The notes under the pieces: generated by a model
Told to the model about the DNA's origin: nothing
Databases searched by the model: none
The model's input: the letters and a program-made list of their open reading frames with translations, nothing else
Part shown: positions 21,356 through 32,782 of the stretch, one piece after another
How positions within the stretch are numbered: the stretch's first letter is position 1
Layout: every line of letters begins with the position of its first letter
Source of the DNA: Naegleria gruberi
Lineage: Eukaryota
Strand: one strand, 5' to 3'
Assembly: GCA_000004985.1 (NCBI GenBank)
Contig: GG738848.1
Length of the DNA: 64,000 nucleotides
Made by a program: the position numbers and the translations under genes

Positions 21356-22500
21356 TTAATGATTTGATTTCTCACACCAATATGGAGTGTATTGTTTCAG
21401 TGATGATATTATACTGTGTTGAAGGATTTTTGGAATATTCAAGTAAATCAATTCATCTTTCACGTAAAAATGAATGAGAAAAACAGGCAAGAGCTCTATT
21501 AGAAATCTTAATCTTCCAATGTATTGGACTATTGCTGAAGATGGTATTGGAATGCCAAGACAAAATAAGGTGAATAACTTAGACACCAATACAGCTTGTT
21601 CCTCCAATCTGAATGGTAACATCTGTTGATTTTTGCCATGCTCTATTGTTCAACACAGCTTCAATCTTTTCAGTTGTTTCCAATCTTGTTTGATTTGATA
21701 AAATATAGCAAATTGAATTTCTCATAATTCTTGGCACAGTTCCAGCATATTCCTTTAGCAAAGTGATAAACTTTGGTTCGTCCTTCAAACCTAATAATGA
21801 CAATACATGTGATAACGATGTGTGTTTGCCACCAAGATTGACTACTGTACACTCCAGAATTAGCTTTAACTTTTCATCATCCATTGAAGGTAGAAATACC
21901 ATTTGATAGTCAGATGGAGATCTGTCTGTTTGTAGTTGATATTGAATAGGTGAGTGGCCACTCACAATGACTGAGCTTCGCTTACCAACTACAAGAGGTG
22001 CAACTGTATTAAATAGTGTTTCCAAAGGTTTGATACTGTTGTCCTTTTCGCATAATCTATCCACCTCATCAAAAAAGACTAGATAACCTTCTGGGGCATG
22101 TACAGAGTCAATATGATCTAGCATGTCATATGCAGTTCTAAATTCAGATAATTCTTCATTGAACTTCTTTCTCAATCCTGACATTTCTTGTGTTGTAGAC
22201 AAATCGTGCACTAATTGATTTCTGTACGCATTCAAAACACTTTTTCTTATGTACTCATCAACTGTATTGGTTGGTGCACAACAAGTAATTTCAAATCCCT
22301 AACAAACTTTGTGGACTCATCCCATTCGAAATGATTGTCTTCATACACTTGCCTAAACTTTTTAACAAGCGAAGATTTACCAATACCATAGGTCTGGAAA
22401 TCAAATTAGCCCCACGGTTAGTAGTCAAAGTTCTCACAATGACTCTATTTACAAACTTTAGTTGAAAGAATCTGAAGAAGTGTAAATCTTTTGCAATTTA
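21356..22500 (-). CDS. AAA+ ATPase, ORC/Cdc6-like (possibly an ORC4/ORC5-type subunit); multi-exon, junctions unresolved
   Basis: An upstream exon (around 22330-22440) encodes the Walker A motif TYGIGKSSLVKKF. The 218-aa ORF 21579..22235 carries the Walker B motif YLVFFDEVDRL (the hhhhDExD of ORC/Cdc6) and LFNTVAPLVVG. The overlapping ORF 21356..21622 looks like a C-terminal exon. Confidence 0.35.
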
Positions 22501-22579
22501 CGTGGTGTTAGTATATGTTGTTCAGCCTTTCTTTTGTTGGTTTGAATTGGAGACTCATTACCACTTTCCGAATAGAATT

Positions 22580-22609
22580 GTCTTTTTTGGTCAATCAATT
22601 TGTTGGCAA
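22580..22609. repeat. Exact 30-nt repeat, copy 2, ending 10 nt before the ATG of the gene at 22620
   Basis: This is the same 30-mer as 18141..18170. Here the downstream similar segment includes the ATG and the first codons (HQEG) of the CN-hydrolase-like gene. Confidence 0.7.
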
Positions 22610-22619
22610 ATAAGAAAAA

Positions 22620-23843
22620 ATGATTTCACACCAAGAAGGGGAACAAGTTGTCTCACAGCAGCAGCAAATCATTGATGACAATAATGTGGAGAATGTTTCA
22701 TCATCGGATCAAGCTAATAATGAAACCAATATTATTGTTGTTCATCCAACAAATTTAAATCAAGATTATTATCGGAATGAAGAAACATTCAAGCAAGCTA
22801 TGAATAATTTTGTAGATTTAGCATCAAAACAAGAAGAATCAATAGATAAATCCTTTAAAAGAAATATAATAATATTCCCAGAAATGATTGGAGCATGGTT
22901 AATTTGTCTAAATGAACAACCCTTCACTTTTTGGATTCCTTCACAATTATTAGCAATAATATTTATTGCATTTTCAAATATTATTCAATTTATAAGATAC
23001 TTTATTAATGAATGTTGGATTTACTTTTCAGAAATTAAAAGATTGACTAATTTATTAAGTTTTGTAGCATGGGAGGGAATAATTTATAGAAGTATTTTCA
23101 AGATGAAATCACAATTAATGTTTGATGTTTATTTGAGTACATTTTCAGAGATTGCCATTAATAGGAATGCCTATGTCATTGCAGGTTCAATTTATTTACC
23201 AAAAATTGAATATACTCACAAGTTCAAGAGATTGACCAATGATGGATTTTACAATCAATCAATTGTTTTTGATCCAAGAGGAAATATTTGTCATATTAGT
23301 GTCAAGGCATTCCCATCAGAAGATGAACATTACATTCTCACAAAGCAAAAAGATAGAATTTTCAAATCGAATGATTTCACCTTTGAGATTGAAGATTTTG
23401 GAAGAGTTATTCTCTTGATTGGATATGATTCATGGTATCCAAATTGTTATCCAACAGCCATTTCTAAAGAAAAGGATATGCCAAAACTTGTCATTGTTCC
23501 ATTTCTTTCTTCACCAGCAAATTCTTGGAAAGAATGTTGGCAAGGTTTTCAAGACAATGGACCTCTTCCACAAGATTTTGATGAATTTAACTTGGCAAAT
23601 TCAACAAGTTTGAGTGATTTATGGAAAGGTGATGGTGCAGGTTTGAGAATTTTCAAACAAAATAAGACCACCTCAAATCAATTATCAACCACAAATAATA
23701 TTAACACCTCATCATACTTTATTTGTTGTCAAATGACTGGAAAAATTTGGAGTTTATCAGCTAATGGTGAATCATTTATTAGAAACTCTGAGAAAGTACT
23801 ATTAGAAACTAACCTCAATGGATTTAATATTTCAATAAAATAA
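22620..23843 (+). CDS. Carbon-nitrogen hydrolase (nitrilase superfamily)-like protein with hydrophobic segments; catalytic Cys apparently not conserved
   Basis: ATG at 22620. The pattern matches CN-hydrolase: IIIFPEM (Glu region), ...KFKRL.., then FDPRGNICHISVKAFP...FEIEDFGRVILLIGYDSWYP and KLVIVP. The usual I-C-(W/Y)-(E/D) site appears as IGYD. The exact 30-nt repeat 22580..22609 abuts the start codon. Confidence 0.4.
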   Translation: MISHQEGEQVVSQQQQIIDDNNVENVSSSDQANNETNIIVVHPTNLNQDYYRNEETFKQAMNNFVDLASKQEESIDKSFKRNIIIFPEMIGAWLICLNEQPFTFWIPSQLLAIIFIAFSNIIQFIRYFINECWIYFSEIKRLTNLLSFVAWEGIIYRSIFKMKSQLMFDVYLSTFSEIAINRNAYVIAGSIYLPKIEYTHKFKRLTNDGFYNQSIVFDPRGNICHISVKAFPSEDEHYILTKQKDRIFKSNDFTFEIEDFGRVILLIGYDSWYPNCYPTAISKEKDMPKLVIVPFLSSPANSWKECWQGFQDNGPLPQDFDEFNLANSTSLSDLWKGDGAGLRIFKQNKTTSNQLSTTNNINTSSYFICCQMTGKIWSLSANGESFIRNSEKVLLETNLNGFNISIK

Positions 23844-24278
23844 TAATAATTAATTTATTTTTGTTCTTGAGCCGTCAACCATTATCCAACCAATCACCTT
23901 GTTCACCTGTCAAATTTCAATCCTATGAATCTGCACCAGTTGAACTCTTGTTCATCCACAAACAACTCAACAACAGACCTAAAAACCAACTACTTTTCAA
24001 TACGTGTATGATTCTTTTCTAGAAGTGATACTGGTGTTTGTTGTTGTGCATTGCGCCCAACCATAACGTTAAAATTCTCCATCTATTTCTGTTTCATCTT
24101 CTCTCTGTCGCGCATGGAAAGAGAAAATTAACGGTTCGAAAAGAGCACAGAAAGAAAATTTGGTGGTTTAGCTATTTTAAAAACAGTTGTAAAAAAATAA
24201 CCAATATTTTTGGAGCCATTTTTAAAAAACAAGAGGAAACTAACGTTTTGTCTTACTAGTTGTCAATATATATAAAGG

Positions 24279-25110
24279 ATGGATTGCGACGTTTTATACA
24301 AAGGTAAGATGAGTTTGATGATGATTTTATTTAATTTTATATTTGATGATGATAGTTGTTGTTATTGGAGATTCTGGTGTCGGAAAATCAAATTTAATTA
24401 CCAGATTTACTCAAAATAAGTTTACTAAAGACACAAAACCAACTATCGGTGTTGAGTTTGGTGCTAAATCTATTGAATATGATGGTGTAACTATCAAGGG
24501 TCAAATTTGGGATACGTACGTAGTATAATTATTATTGTTGTGTTTTAATAATAATCAATGACATTGATACGTAATAATATCATGTATAATTATTGTTTTT
24601 AGTGCTGGTCAAGAACGATTCAGAGCAAGTAAGTATATAATTTGATTATTTTAATGTCTAAACAATTTTATAGTTTCTGCTGCTTATTACAGAGGTGCTA
24701 ACGGAGCTCTTATTGTTTATGATATTACAAACCAAGAAAGCTTTGATAATTTGGAAAAATGGTTCAAGGAAATTGAAAATCAAGGAGAAAATGGTTGTAT
24801 CAATATTTTAGTTGGTAACAAGTGTGACTTGAATCACTTGAGACAAGTAGAAACAGCAACTGGTAGAGCTTTTGCTGAAAAACATAACGTTTCATTCATG
24901 GAAACATCTGCTTTGGATAGTACTAACGTAGATGAAGCTTTCACCACACTTTTGAAGGAAATTTACAAGACCCAAAGCCGAAAGAGTAAGAAACCAGAAG
25001 AGGATCGTAAAGATGAACCAATAGGTCCAAGTGACAAGGTCATCATTGATGATGGTGAAGGTGATAAACCAAAACCAAAACCAGCTCAAGGTGGTGGTTG
25101 TGGTTGTTAA
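24279..25110 (+). CDS. Rab-family small GTPase (Rab11/Rab2-like) ending GGGCGC; exons 24279..24303, 24356..24515, 24603..24628, 24674..25110
   Basis: The spliced product reads [26 protein letters not shown]...[52 protein letters not shown]...NKCDL...[10 protein letters not shown]. Three introns of 52, 87 and 45 nt have gtaaga, gtacgt and gtaagt donors, and all phases close. A TATA-like tatatataaagg lies just upstream. Confidence 0.85.
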
Positions 25111-25199
25111 GTTTGAGTGACACTCTTTATTGTAAATATTTAATGTATAAACTCAATTCAATAGAAATCCACAATAATAAATTGATGAAATAATTTATT

Positions 25200-28100
25200 T
25201 TAATAAGTTGGAGTAAAATCTTGCATTTCTGGCATGACACTTTCACTGATGGCAGCTGCATTGACACTCTTTTTTCTTTGGATTTCATTCTTTTTTGTAA
25301 AACGAAGGATCAATATCACAATAATTATGATTATAACAATTATGGTGAATACAATTACAAAAACAATTGGTATAACAATTGCAGCAACAATATTTGGTCT
25401 AAAAGCACGAGGAGGAACATCTTTTGAGTATGTACAAAATGCTTCATTCACCTGAACTAGAGTTCCATTTGTTGATGTCAACACCAAAGCATAAGGTTGA
25501 CTAGTTGTAACTGAAGCCAATTGATTCATATAAACTGCAACACTAACATATGAAGCTGCACCCAAAGAATTAACAATAACCTTTTCCAAATTATTTACAG
25601 TGTCCACTGCTCCTAAATCATTACCTCCATACACTACAAGATTTTTGAAACTTGTTCCATCAGTGGTGAATGTATTTACAATCAAATCCAAATTATTAAT
25701 GAGTGGAACAAAAGAAGAAATATCACTTGGATAATCGTACCAAGCTAAAGTTGCTTTGATCCAACTTGCACTTTCAACTTTGTAACATAATTTGAATGAT
25801 TGAGAGGAGGCAGTGAACGAATTTTCAAAGAATGTCAAGCCAACATCATTTCCAGTTTCAGTTTTCAGCAATGATCCCAAGGAAACAATACCATGACCTT
25901 CAACAGGATTTGGTTGAAAATAGGCATTTAGCTCAACTCTATCAGTTTCGTCTCCATTCAATGAAACTGTTCCTTTAGATGGAACAGCTGATTGGACCAA
26001 GAGAGCTTTAATCAAAGGTCCTGATGGGTTGGAAACTCCTCTATTCTTCTGTAAATATTGTCTTATCAAAGCTATTATTAGTGTTGAAACTTAAGTTGAA
26101 ATTGAAATAACTTACCAGCAGCTCCAGCCTTTAAAGGAATATTAAATATAATATTAAATAATTAAATACTTACCATTAGAGGTGTACTCATTGAAGTTCC
26201 TCTCTATTTTCAATGAGTTTATGTGAAAAAAGTTTAAAAAAACACAACTTACCTTTGAAAGAAGAGCAGCATCGTTTCCTTCTTTTGGACGACCAGTTCC
26301 ACATTGATTGGTAGTAATTATACCATCAGAGTGAGCACTCACAATATTTTCTCCAACTGCAACTAAATCTGGTTTAATTCTTCCTCCATCTTCATTTACC
26401 TTAATTAACTTGTAAAAATCAAAGAAAACATACCAGCAGGTCCTCTACTCGAAAATGAAGCGATATTCATCTCATTGTAAGCTTTAGTATCTTTAAACTG
26501 ATTTTCAACATAACTTGGGCAACAGTATGATCTCACATTGGTAGATAATGATAAACAACATTCTTCAGGTCCAGCAAAATTTAGAGATGCTTCCTTAATC
26601 TTTGTATAGTAATCTTCATAATACAGTGAGGTAAGAATTCCACTATTTGAAGAACGAGATGATCCAACACTAATGATATTCTTTGAGTTTGATTGCTCTG
26701 TGAGAGTTCCTTGTTTGGCGAGTGCTCCATCATTTCCTTTTAAGTGTTTAGAATAAGAAATTCCAATTTGGAAACAACTTACCTGCAGCAAAGAGAATAA
26801 CTGCATCCTGTTTATCCCACAAATACTTGTCAAGGTTATAAGCTGAAGAAGTGTAAAAGTTTGTAATGGAACAACATGTTTCAGAACCAAACAATCTGTT
26901 ACACTGGGCATCAGTAATCGAATCACCAGAATTGAATGAATCAAATGCATTGACCACTCTACAATTCTTACAATCATAAGAACAAGTAACATAGACAGAA
27001 GCAGAGGTTCCGTAACTGTTGGAGAAAATTCTTGCGCCGTAATTATATCCTTGTTTAAAGAGAACTGTTAAATCATTAGACATGAACATATTGTCATTGT
27101 TTGAATCTTTCATATCAACAAAGAATAGTTTTGAAGCTGGAGCCATTCCATGATATTGATTGACAGTGTCAGAAAAATCTGTATTTTCCATTGAGCCAGA
27201 GATGGAACCTGCTACGTGAGTACCATGTCCAGAAACATCATCCTTAAAATCTGTAGTAATCTTTTGATTATTAAATTGGAATGTAATTGTATTATATGAC
27301 ACAATCTTTCTATGATTTTCATCAAAGACATTGACATTGGAAGAATCTCTAAAGAAGCAATGATCGTGATCAATACCAGTATCACTCAATCCAATTATCT
27401 GTCCCTCTCCATAAATTCCAAGATCATAGAATGGACTAGCTCTTGCCACAGAGTTGGCATTAACTGATTGTGAGATGGAAACTCCATTCTTATTGAAAAA
27501 GCCAAGTTGATGGACCTTTTCAACATAGTGTACGTTTGGGTGACTCTTCAAAGTTTGTCCAACTCTTGCAGAAACTAGAGGTGAAAATTGAATTTCGAAA
27601 TGACTATCTGAAATTACTTCAATTGGGAAGAAATCCCTTCCTTTGATAAGTTGACTTCCCAATAATTCATTAAGATTATTGGCTATTTGTTGAGCTGATT
27701 CATTTTGCTGTTCAGTTGTGAGAGAATCCAACGAATGGGTAAGAGAAATTGAAGCCCTCAAATATCTTGGAGTGGTCAGAGATCTCTTTGAGCTATTCAA
27801 ATATTGGATTGAAATGTGTTCAATTTCTGCAAAATCTAAAATTGACTTGAATCTTTCTTCATAGTTTCCAATAAACTCTAAATCATCCTTAAAAGCCAGC
27901 AATTGACTCAACTTTCCAACAACTTTAAACACACCATGATTTAAAAAATTTCCTACTCTTGTCAAAGGATGATTCCTCTCCCTTTCACTCTTAATCTTTA
28001 TAATATATTCAGCAATTTGTTCTTCTTGTTTAATTCTTCTTTTCAAATTACCATGAAGAATGTTATTCTCTGAATTAAGTATATAATTATTACCCTCGCC

Positions 28101-28319
28101 TTCTATTCTATTATTACTATTCATCATGGCCTTAAAACTAATAAATTCTTCACTTATTGATGGTGCTGCCAAAGCCCTCTCGGTCATCATTGTTGTTATG
28201 ATAATCAGCAGAAAACAACTTAGCACCAAATTCTTCATCATCATTCTTGTTGCACTAATTCCTTCTGAATTGTTGCAACTCTTCCTCAGCTTTGAACACT
28301 TAGAAGAATTGTCTCTCAT
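25200..28319 (-). CDS. Subtilisin-like serine protease (peptidase S8) with N-terminal signal peptide and C-terminal transmembrane anchor; at least 6 exons
   Basis: Exon A (26783..28319) holds a signal peptide, DTGIDHDHCFF (Asp) and HGTHVAGSISGS (His). A 46-nt intron (donor gcag|gtaagt) leads to GNDGALAKQG... then ...SFSSRGPA. Further 44-85-nt introns give DGGRIKPDLVAVGENIVSAHSD... then RGTSMSTPLM (Ser) then AGAAALIRQYLQ... This runs into the ORF 25200..26069, which ends in a hydrophobic TM segment (IVAAIVIPIVFVIVFTIIVIIIIIVILIL). Confidence 0.8.
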
Positions 28320-28611
28320 AATTATTTAAAACAACCACCAGAAGCTACAAGTTGATTTACTGTTGATTTTTTTTGAACTTGCAAAAGGTCGTGCCTCAAT
28401 TAAGAGAAATTGTTGGTGAATGATCTATTTCGGAAATAGGTGTGCCTTACGCATAATTTGGGTACTACTGTATTGTTTGCTGAAGGAGGTTTATTGTGTA
28501 CGCTTCTAAGACGTTTCAAACATTCTAATTTGATGATCACAAGTTATTAAAACATAATAATAAATTCAATAAAAAGCAATATATTAAGTGTTCAAAGAAC
28601 AGATAGTACTT

Positions 28612-31600
28612 TTAGAAAAGGGTATAACTGTCTGGGAATCTCATCTTCTTATTATTTTTCAAGAGAGTGGACCAATGGTTGAATCCCATCTCTCCAGTGA
28701 GCTTGGATATGAGATCATACAATTTGGATTCATTTTCATTTTGTTCTCCCAATGATTTAATCAACTTTTGAAGGGCAACTGTTTGATATTTAAAGTATAA
28801 ATCATATTGGACATCTGTGAAGAGGAATTTCTCTGTTGGATCAACAAATTGTCTGAGGGTCTTCATTGTTTGCTTGATTAGAGTATCTCTGTCCGAAATT
28901 TCTGAGCCAGTTGTATCATCTAACAACAAATCGAGTTTGGTTTGCAATGAATTAATGAGTGCATCCTTCTTCTTATCCATTTCTTTACATTTGAGTTGGT
29001 ATGCTTGTTGTTCGAGTTCAGATTCTTCATCTTCGTTCTTTGTCTTATTCTTTGGTTGACTACCATAGTGAATAATCAAATCAGAAATGTTAGCGACTTC
29101 AGTGACACTATCAACAAGTTGAGTAATTTGATTGACGAGATCCTTCTTTTCAGTGCTGGTCTTGAGTTGTTCCTTGAGAATATCAAGCTTCAATAGAAGA
29201 AGTCCCAAATACTTTGGATTGTTCTCTAAAAGTGTGTTGACAAATGGTAAAGCTTCAGCTTTGAGCTTTTTAAGATAGGTTACTTGTTGTTCAATAATGT
29301 AGTCTTGGAACTTTTGTTCTGCCGTTCTTTCATCAGCCTTATTTTCCTTTTCAGGAGTTGATTTTTCACTTGCCAAGAAAGAAGGTGGAACCACAAAGGT
29401 AAGTGGAACAGTGGCAACATCAACACCTTGATATTGGAATTTACCAGTCAATCTATCGCCAGCCTTAACCTCCTTTGGTAAATCCTTTTCAACTCCAGAA
29501 TATCCCAAGGCATAGGAATTGCTTCTACCATAACTCAACTTGAATTTTTCATCTTGTTTATCAACATCAGTAAGAGCACCATTGATGTGCTTGAATAATT
29601 TGAGTGAAATTGGTTTGGCAAGTACGTGAGTAATGACGAGAGGATAATTCTTGAGCTTTTGTAGGGTTGCAATATTGTCATGTCTGAATTGTGCTCTGAC
29701 AACATAGTCACCCTTCTTCAACTTGAATTTTTCAGGATGGTAATCAGAAACCTTGACTAATTTCTTATTCTTATTGAAGATCATAAGCATTCTTGATTCA
29801 ATATTGCATTCATAGAGTAATTTGGAGAGAACTGGTAGTGAGGTGATAATTTCATGATCTGATGCCATCTTGAGATTATAGTCAAGTATCATTTCATAGC
29901 TACACTTTTCAGTATCAAAATAGGTATTTCTTGGATTGTTTTGAATTTGAATGAGTTTTGAATCTTCACTATTGGTTGGAGAGAGTGTTTCTTTCCAAGA
30001 ATCAAGTTTTGCAGAAATATTCATTTCCATATTTCTTAATGATGAAGTGAGTTGTATCTTTCTAGCAACTTCACTTCCATCAAAGAATATCTCATCATTG
30101 GAAATATTGATAGAGTCGATTCCATAGAATTCTACATCAACTGTAATTTTACATTGTCCAGGAGAGGACCAGAATTGACCAAATGTCAATTCTAGAGTTC
30201 TATTTGGAACAGTCTTAATATTGTGAGTGGAAACATCTGACTGAGAAACTTGAATGAATTTTCTGGTGTCATATTTAGAATAGGCTTCCCTGTCCAAAAG
30301 TTGTGTAGCATGGAAGACGAGCATTTTTTGTGTGTCCATTTCATCAGCTCTCAATGATAACTTGCAGTATTGAATAGAGCATGAAGGGGTGCTAATATAT
30401 TGTCTATAGAGTTCTCCTGATTTCATTTGATAGGTGAAAGTCTTTCTATATTCTACTTCGGTATCAGATTTGACTAGCTTGTAAGGTTTCATTACAGTAA
30501 TTGGAACAGAGAAAACTGGACCGAATTCCATATTATCACAATCAAGAGCATCAATTCTGGCAAAATAAACATTATTTTCGTCTAAAATTTCAGTATTAAT
30601 TTGAACAACGAATGAGAATGTTCCTGGTATGTGTAAGAATTCTGGTGCTTTGATGAATTTTGGAGTCTCATTTGCTTTGTGATCTGTGACTGTATTTGCA
30701 TTATTGCTAGAAAAAATAGGTACAAGTTTGAATCTCTTTTCAAACTCGATCTTGCTCATATTCTTTGTTTTCTCATTGTAGACAAGATCAATACTGACTG
30801 TATAGAATTGGGTTGAGTGAGTCTCCTCAAATTCTCTTAAATAAATGCCTCTTGCATTATTTCTTTGTGGAATTGAAATTACATATCTATAATCGTCAGT
30901 GTCTGGATTGAATGGCTTTTGCTTTTCAATAAATTTAAAGGCGTCCAAAACTTGAACTAATCCTGAACCAATAGATAATGGATGATGGCTATGCTCATCC
31001 ACATTCTTTTCATCATTTTCATGATTATTTCTTGCAGTATTTTCCAAAACTTTTTTGATGTAATAAGGATTCCATTTTCTTCCCTCAGCTATTAAGGCAC
31101 TATAAAGCAATGCAAGACAACCGGAACATTGAGGTGAAGACATGGAAGTTCCATTACATCGATTTACAGATTGTAGAGTATAGTTTGGTACACTGGTAAT
31201 AGCAGCACCCAAGCTAGAAATAGTTGGGCACAATTGACCATCCTCTGTTGGACCTCTGGAAGACCATGTAAATTGGGAATCTGGAACTGTCTCAGAAAGT
31301 CCATACTGAGCTTTTATCATAGACTGGGTTACATAAGCTCCAACACCTATACATGAGTCAGATAAGGAAGCAGGGGCACCACAAGTTGTATAGTTTGGTC
31401 CAGCGTTACCAGCTGAGGTGACAAATGTAACATTGTGATTGTAAACCAATTCTTCCAACTTTTCTCTAAAGATACCAGTGTTAGCAAGAGAGCTTGGCTC
31501 GCCGTATGACATATTAATAATGGAACACTTATTTTCATAGCAGGAAATTAAGCCTCTATTGAGAGCTGTTCCAGTTTCCATAGAACCCAATCTATTATCA

Positions 31601-32532
31601 CCAATTTTGCATGAAACAATTTGGCAACCAGGTGCTGCACCGTTCAATTCTGGTTTATCTGGGAAGTGAGCGCCAACAATTCCTGCAACGTGTGAGCCGT
31701 GAGATCCTGAGGTAGTAACAATAGAAAGCAAGTTACCATTATCATAAATCTTGAAAGAATAGTTCAATAAATCAAGTTCTGTGAAGGTGGAATATTCGTA
31801 ATTCAGGCTATAGTCACTCATCAACTTTTCATTACTCAAATCGACAACTTGTTCATCAAAACTAGAGGTTTCAAAAATATTCTTCTCAGCATCATAACTA
31901 TCATGAACAACCACAGCTCTATACACGTTGGCCTTCTCGTCTAAAAATACAATACAATCCAAAAGTGGACCAGAGTCTTCATAATTCTTCATTAAATCGT
32001 TCAATAAATCGAGTTGTTTTTCTAATTCTGAAAGTTCCTTCTTTGATTTTTCATCGGTAGAATTTTTCAATAAATTAGATTTTTCCTTAATTTCATTCAC
32101 TTTCTCTGTTTGTTTCTTTTGGAATTGTTTTTTTCTTTCTTCCTTAACTCTATCAATCAATGGTTTGGGATACAATTCGAAAACACTCTTTATACCAACG
32201 TGATACTCATTGGAACTATTTAATTCCTTCCATTTTGCATCAATTTTTAATTTCCTTCCTGTCTTTCCAATAACAATTCCATTTGCATCAGGGTTGACAA
32301 TAGTTTTGGTATCTACATCACCGGATCCTGTACAATCAACAACATCAATGATTTTTCTTTTACCATCCGTTGTCAAGCCATTTAAACCTGGAGCTCCGAT
32401 ATCAATTCCAGTGTCAAATATTGCAACTCTTACTCCTCTACCATCGTAGTTTGGATAAAGTTTTAAAAATTCAAGGCCTTGAACTTCACTCTTTGGATTA
32501 AGACCTTCAACAGGGTATTCACTTTGTGGCAT
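28612..32532 (-). CDS. TPP2: Tripeptidyl-peptidase II (S8 family giant exopeptidase); single exon, 1306 aa
   Basis: ATG at the complement of 32530-32532. The N-terminal subtilase domain has DTGIDIGAPGL, HGSHVAGIVGAHFP and GTSMSSPQCSG. The long TPPII-type C-terminal region gives a length close to human TPP2 (~1250 aa). Confidence 0.9.
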   Translation of the reverse strand: MPQSEYPVEGLNPKSEVQGLEFLKLYPNYDGRGVRVAIFDTGIDIGAPGLNGLTTDGKRKIIDVVDCTGSGDVDTKTIVNPDANGIVIGKTGRKLKIDAKWKELNSSNEYHVGIKSVFELYPKPLIDRVKEERKKQFQKKQTEKVNEIKEKSNLLKNSTDEKSKKELSELEKQLDLLNDLMKNYEDSGPLLDCIVFLDEKANVYRAVVVHDSYDAEKNIFETSSFDEQVVDLSNEKLMSDYSLNYEYSTFTELDLLNYSFKIYDNGNLLSIVTTSGSHGSHVAGIVGAHFPDKPELNGAAPGCQIVSCKIGDNRLGSMETGTALNRGLISCYENKCSIINMSYGEPSSLANTGIFREKLEELVYNHNVTFVTSAGNAGPNYTTCGAPASLSDSCIGVGAYVTQSMIKAQYGLSETVPDSQFTWSSRGPTEDGQLCPTISSLGAAITSVPNYTLQSVNRCNGTSMSSPQCSGCLALLYSALIAEGRKWNPYYIKKVLENTARNNHENDEKNVDEHSHHPLSIGSGLVQVLDAFKFIEKQKPFNPDTDDYRYVISIPQRNNARGIYLREFEETHSTQFYTVSIDLVYNEKTKNMSKIEFEKRFKLVPIFSSNNANTVTDHKANETPKFIKAPEFLHIPGTFSFVVQINTEILDENNVYFARIDALDCDNMEFGPVFSVPITVMKPYKLVKSDTEVEYRKTFTYQMKSGELYRQYISTPSCSIQYCKLSLRADEMDTQKMLVFHATQLLDREAYSKYDTRKFIQVSQSDVSTHNIKTVPNRTLELTFGQFWSSPGQCKITVDVEFYGIDSINISNDEIFFDGSEVARKIQLTSSLRNMEMNISAKLDSWKETLSPTNSEDSKLIQIQNNPRNTYFDTEKCSYEMILDYNLKMASDHEIITSLPVLSKLLYECNIESRMLMIFNKNKKLVKVSDYHPEKFKLKKGDYVVRAQFRHDNIATLQKLKNYPLVITHVLAKPISLKLFKHINGALTDVDKQDEKFKLSYGRSNSYALGYSGVEKDLPKEVKAGDRLTGKFQYQGVDVATVPLTFVVPPSFLASEKSTPEKENKADERTAEQKFQDYIIEQQVTYLKKLKAEALPFVNTLLENNPKYLGLLLLKLDILKEQLKTSTEKKDLVNQITQLVDSVTEVANISDLIIHYGSQPKNKTKNEDEESELEQQAYQLKCKEMDKKKDALINSLQTKLDLLLDDTTGSEISDRDTLIKQTMKTLRQFVDPTEKFLFTDVQYDLYFKYQTVALQKLIKSLGEQNENESKLYDLISKLTGEMGFNHWSTLLKNNKKMRFPDSYTLF

Positions 32533-32708
32533 TTTTTTATGTTGTAAAAAATCAGGAAATTGTTATTTTTAGTTGTTGTAATACAATGCAACAAGATAAC
32601 ACAAGATCTAGATAACTGTAAATGCCACAATTTTTTAAGAACCTGACAATCATTACATTGCTTTTAAAATTGTTGATCAACAAGATTTGAAAACATGTAA
32701 AAAGATTT

Positions 32709-32782
32709 TACCGACAATGGGGCTCGAACCCACGACCCCAGGATTAGAAGTCCTGTGCTCTATCCAACTGAGCTATGACGGC
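32709..32782 (-). tRNA. tRNA-Arg (anticodon TCT)
   Basis: The reverse complement folds as a 74-nt cloverleaf. The acceptor is GCCGTCA/TGTCGGT with one U-U mismatch and one G-U pair, the D loop is AGTTGGATA, the anticodon loop is CTTCTAA (TCT), and the T loop is GGGTTCGAGCC. It has a discriminator A, no CCA, and an oligo-T downstream on that strand. Confidence 0.75.
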
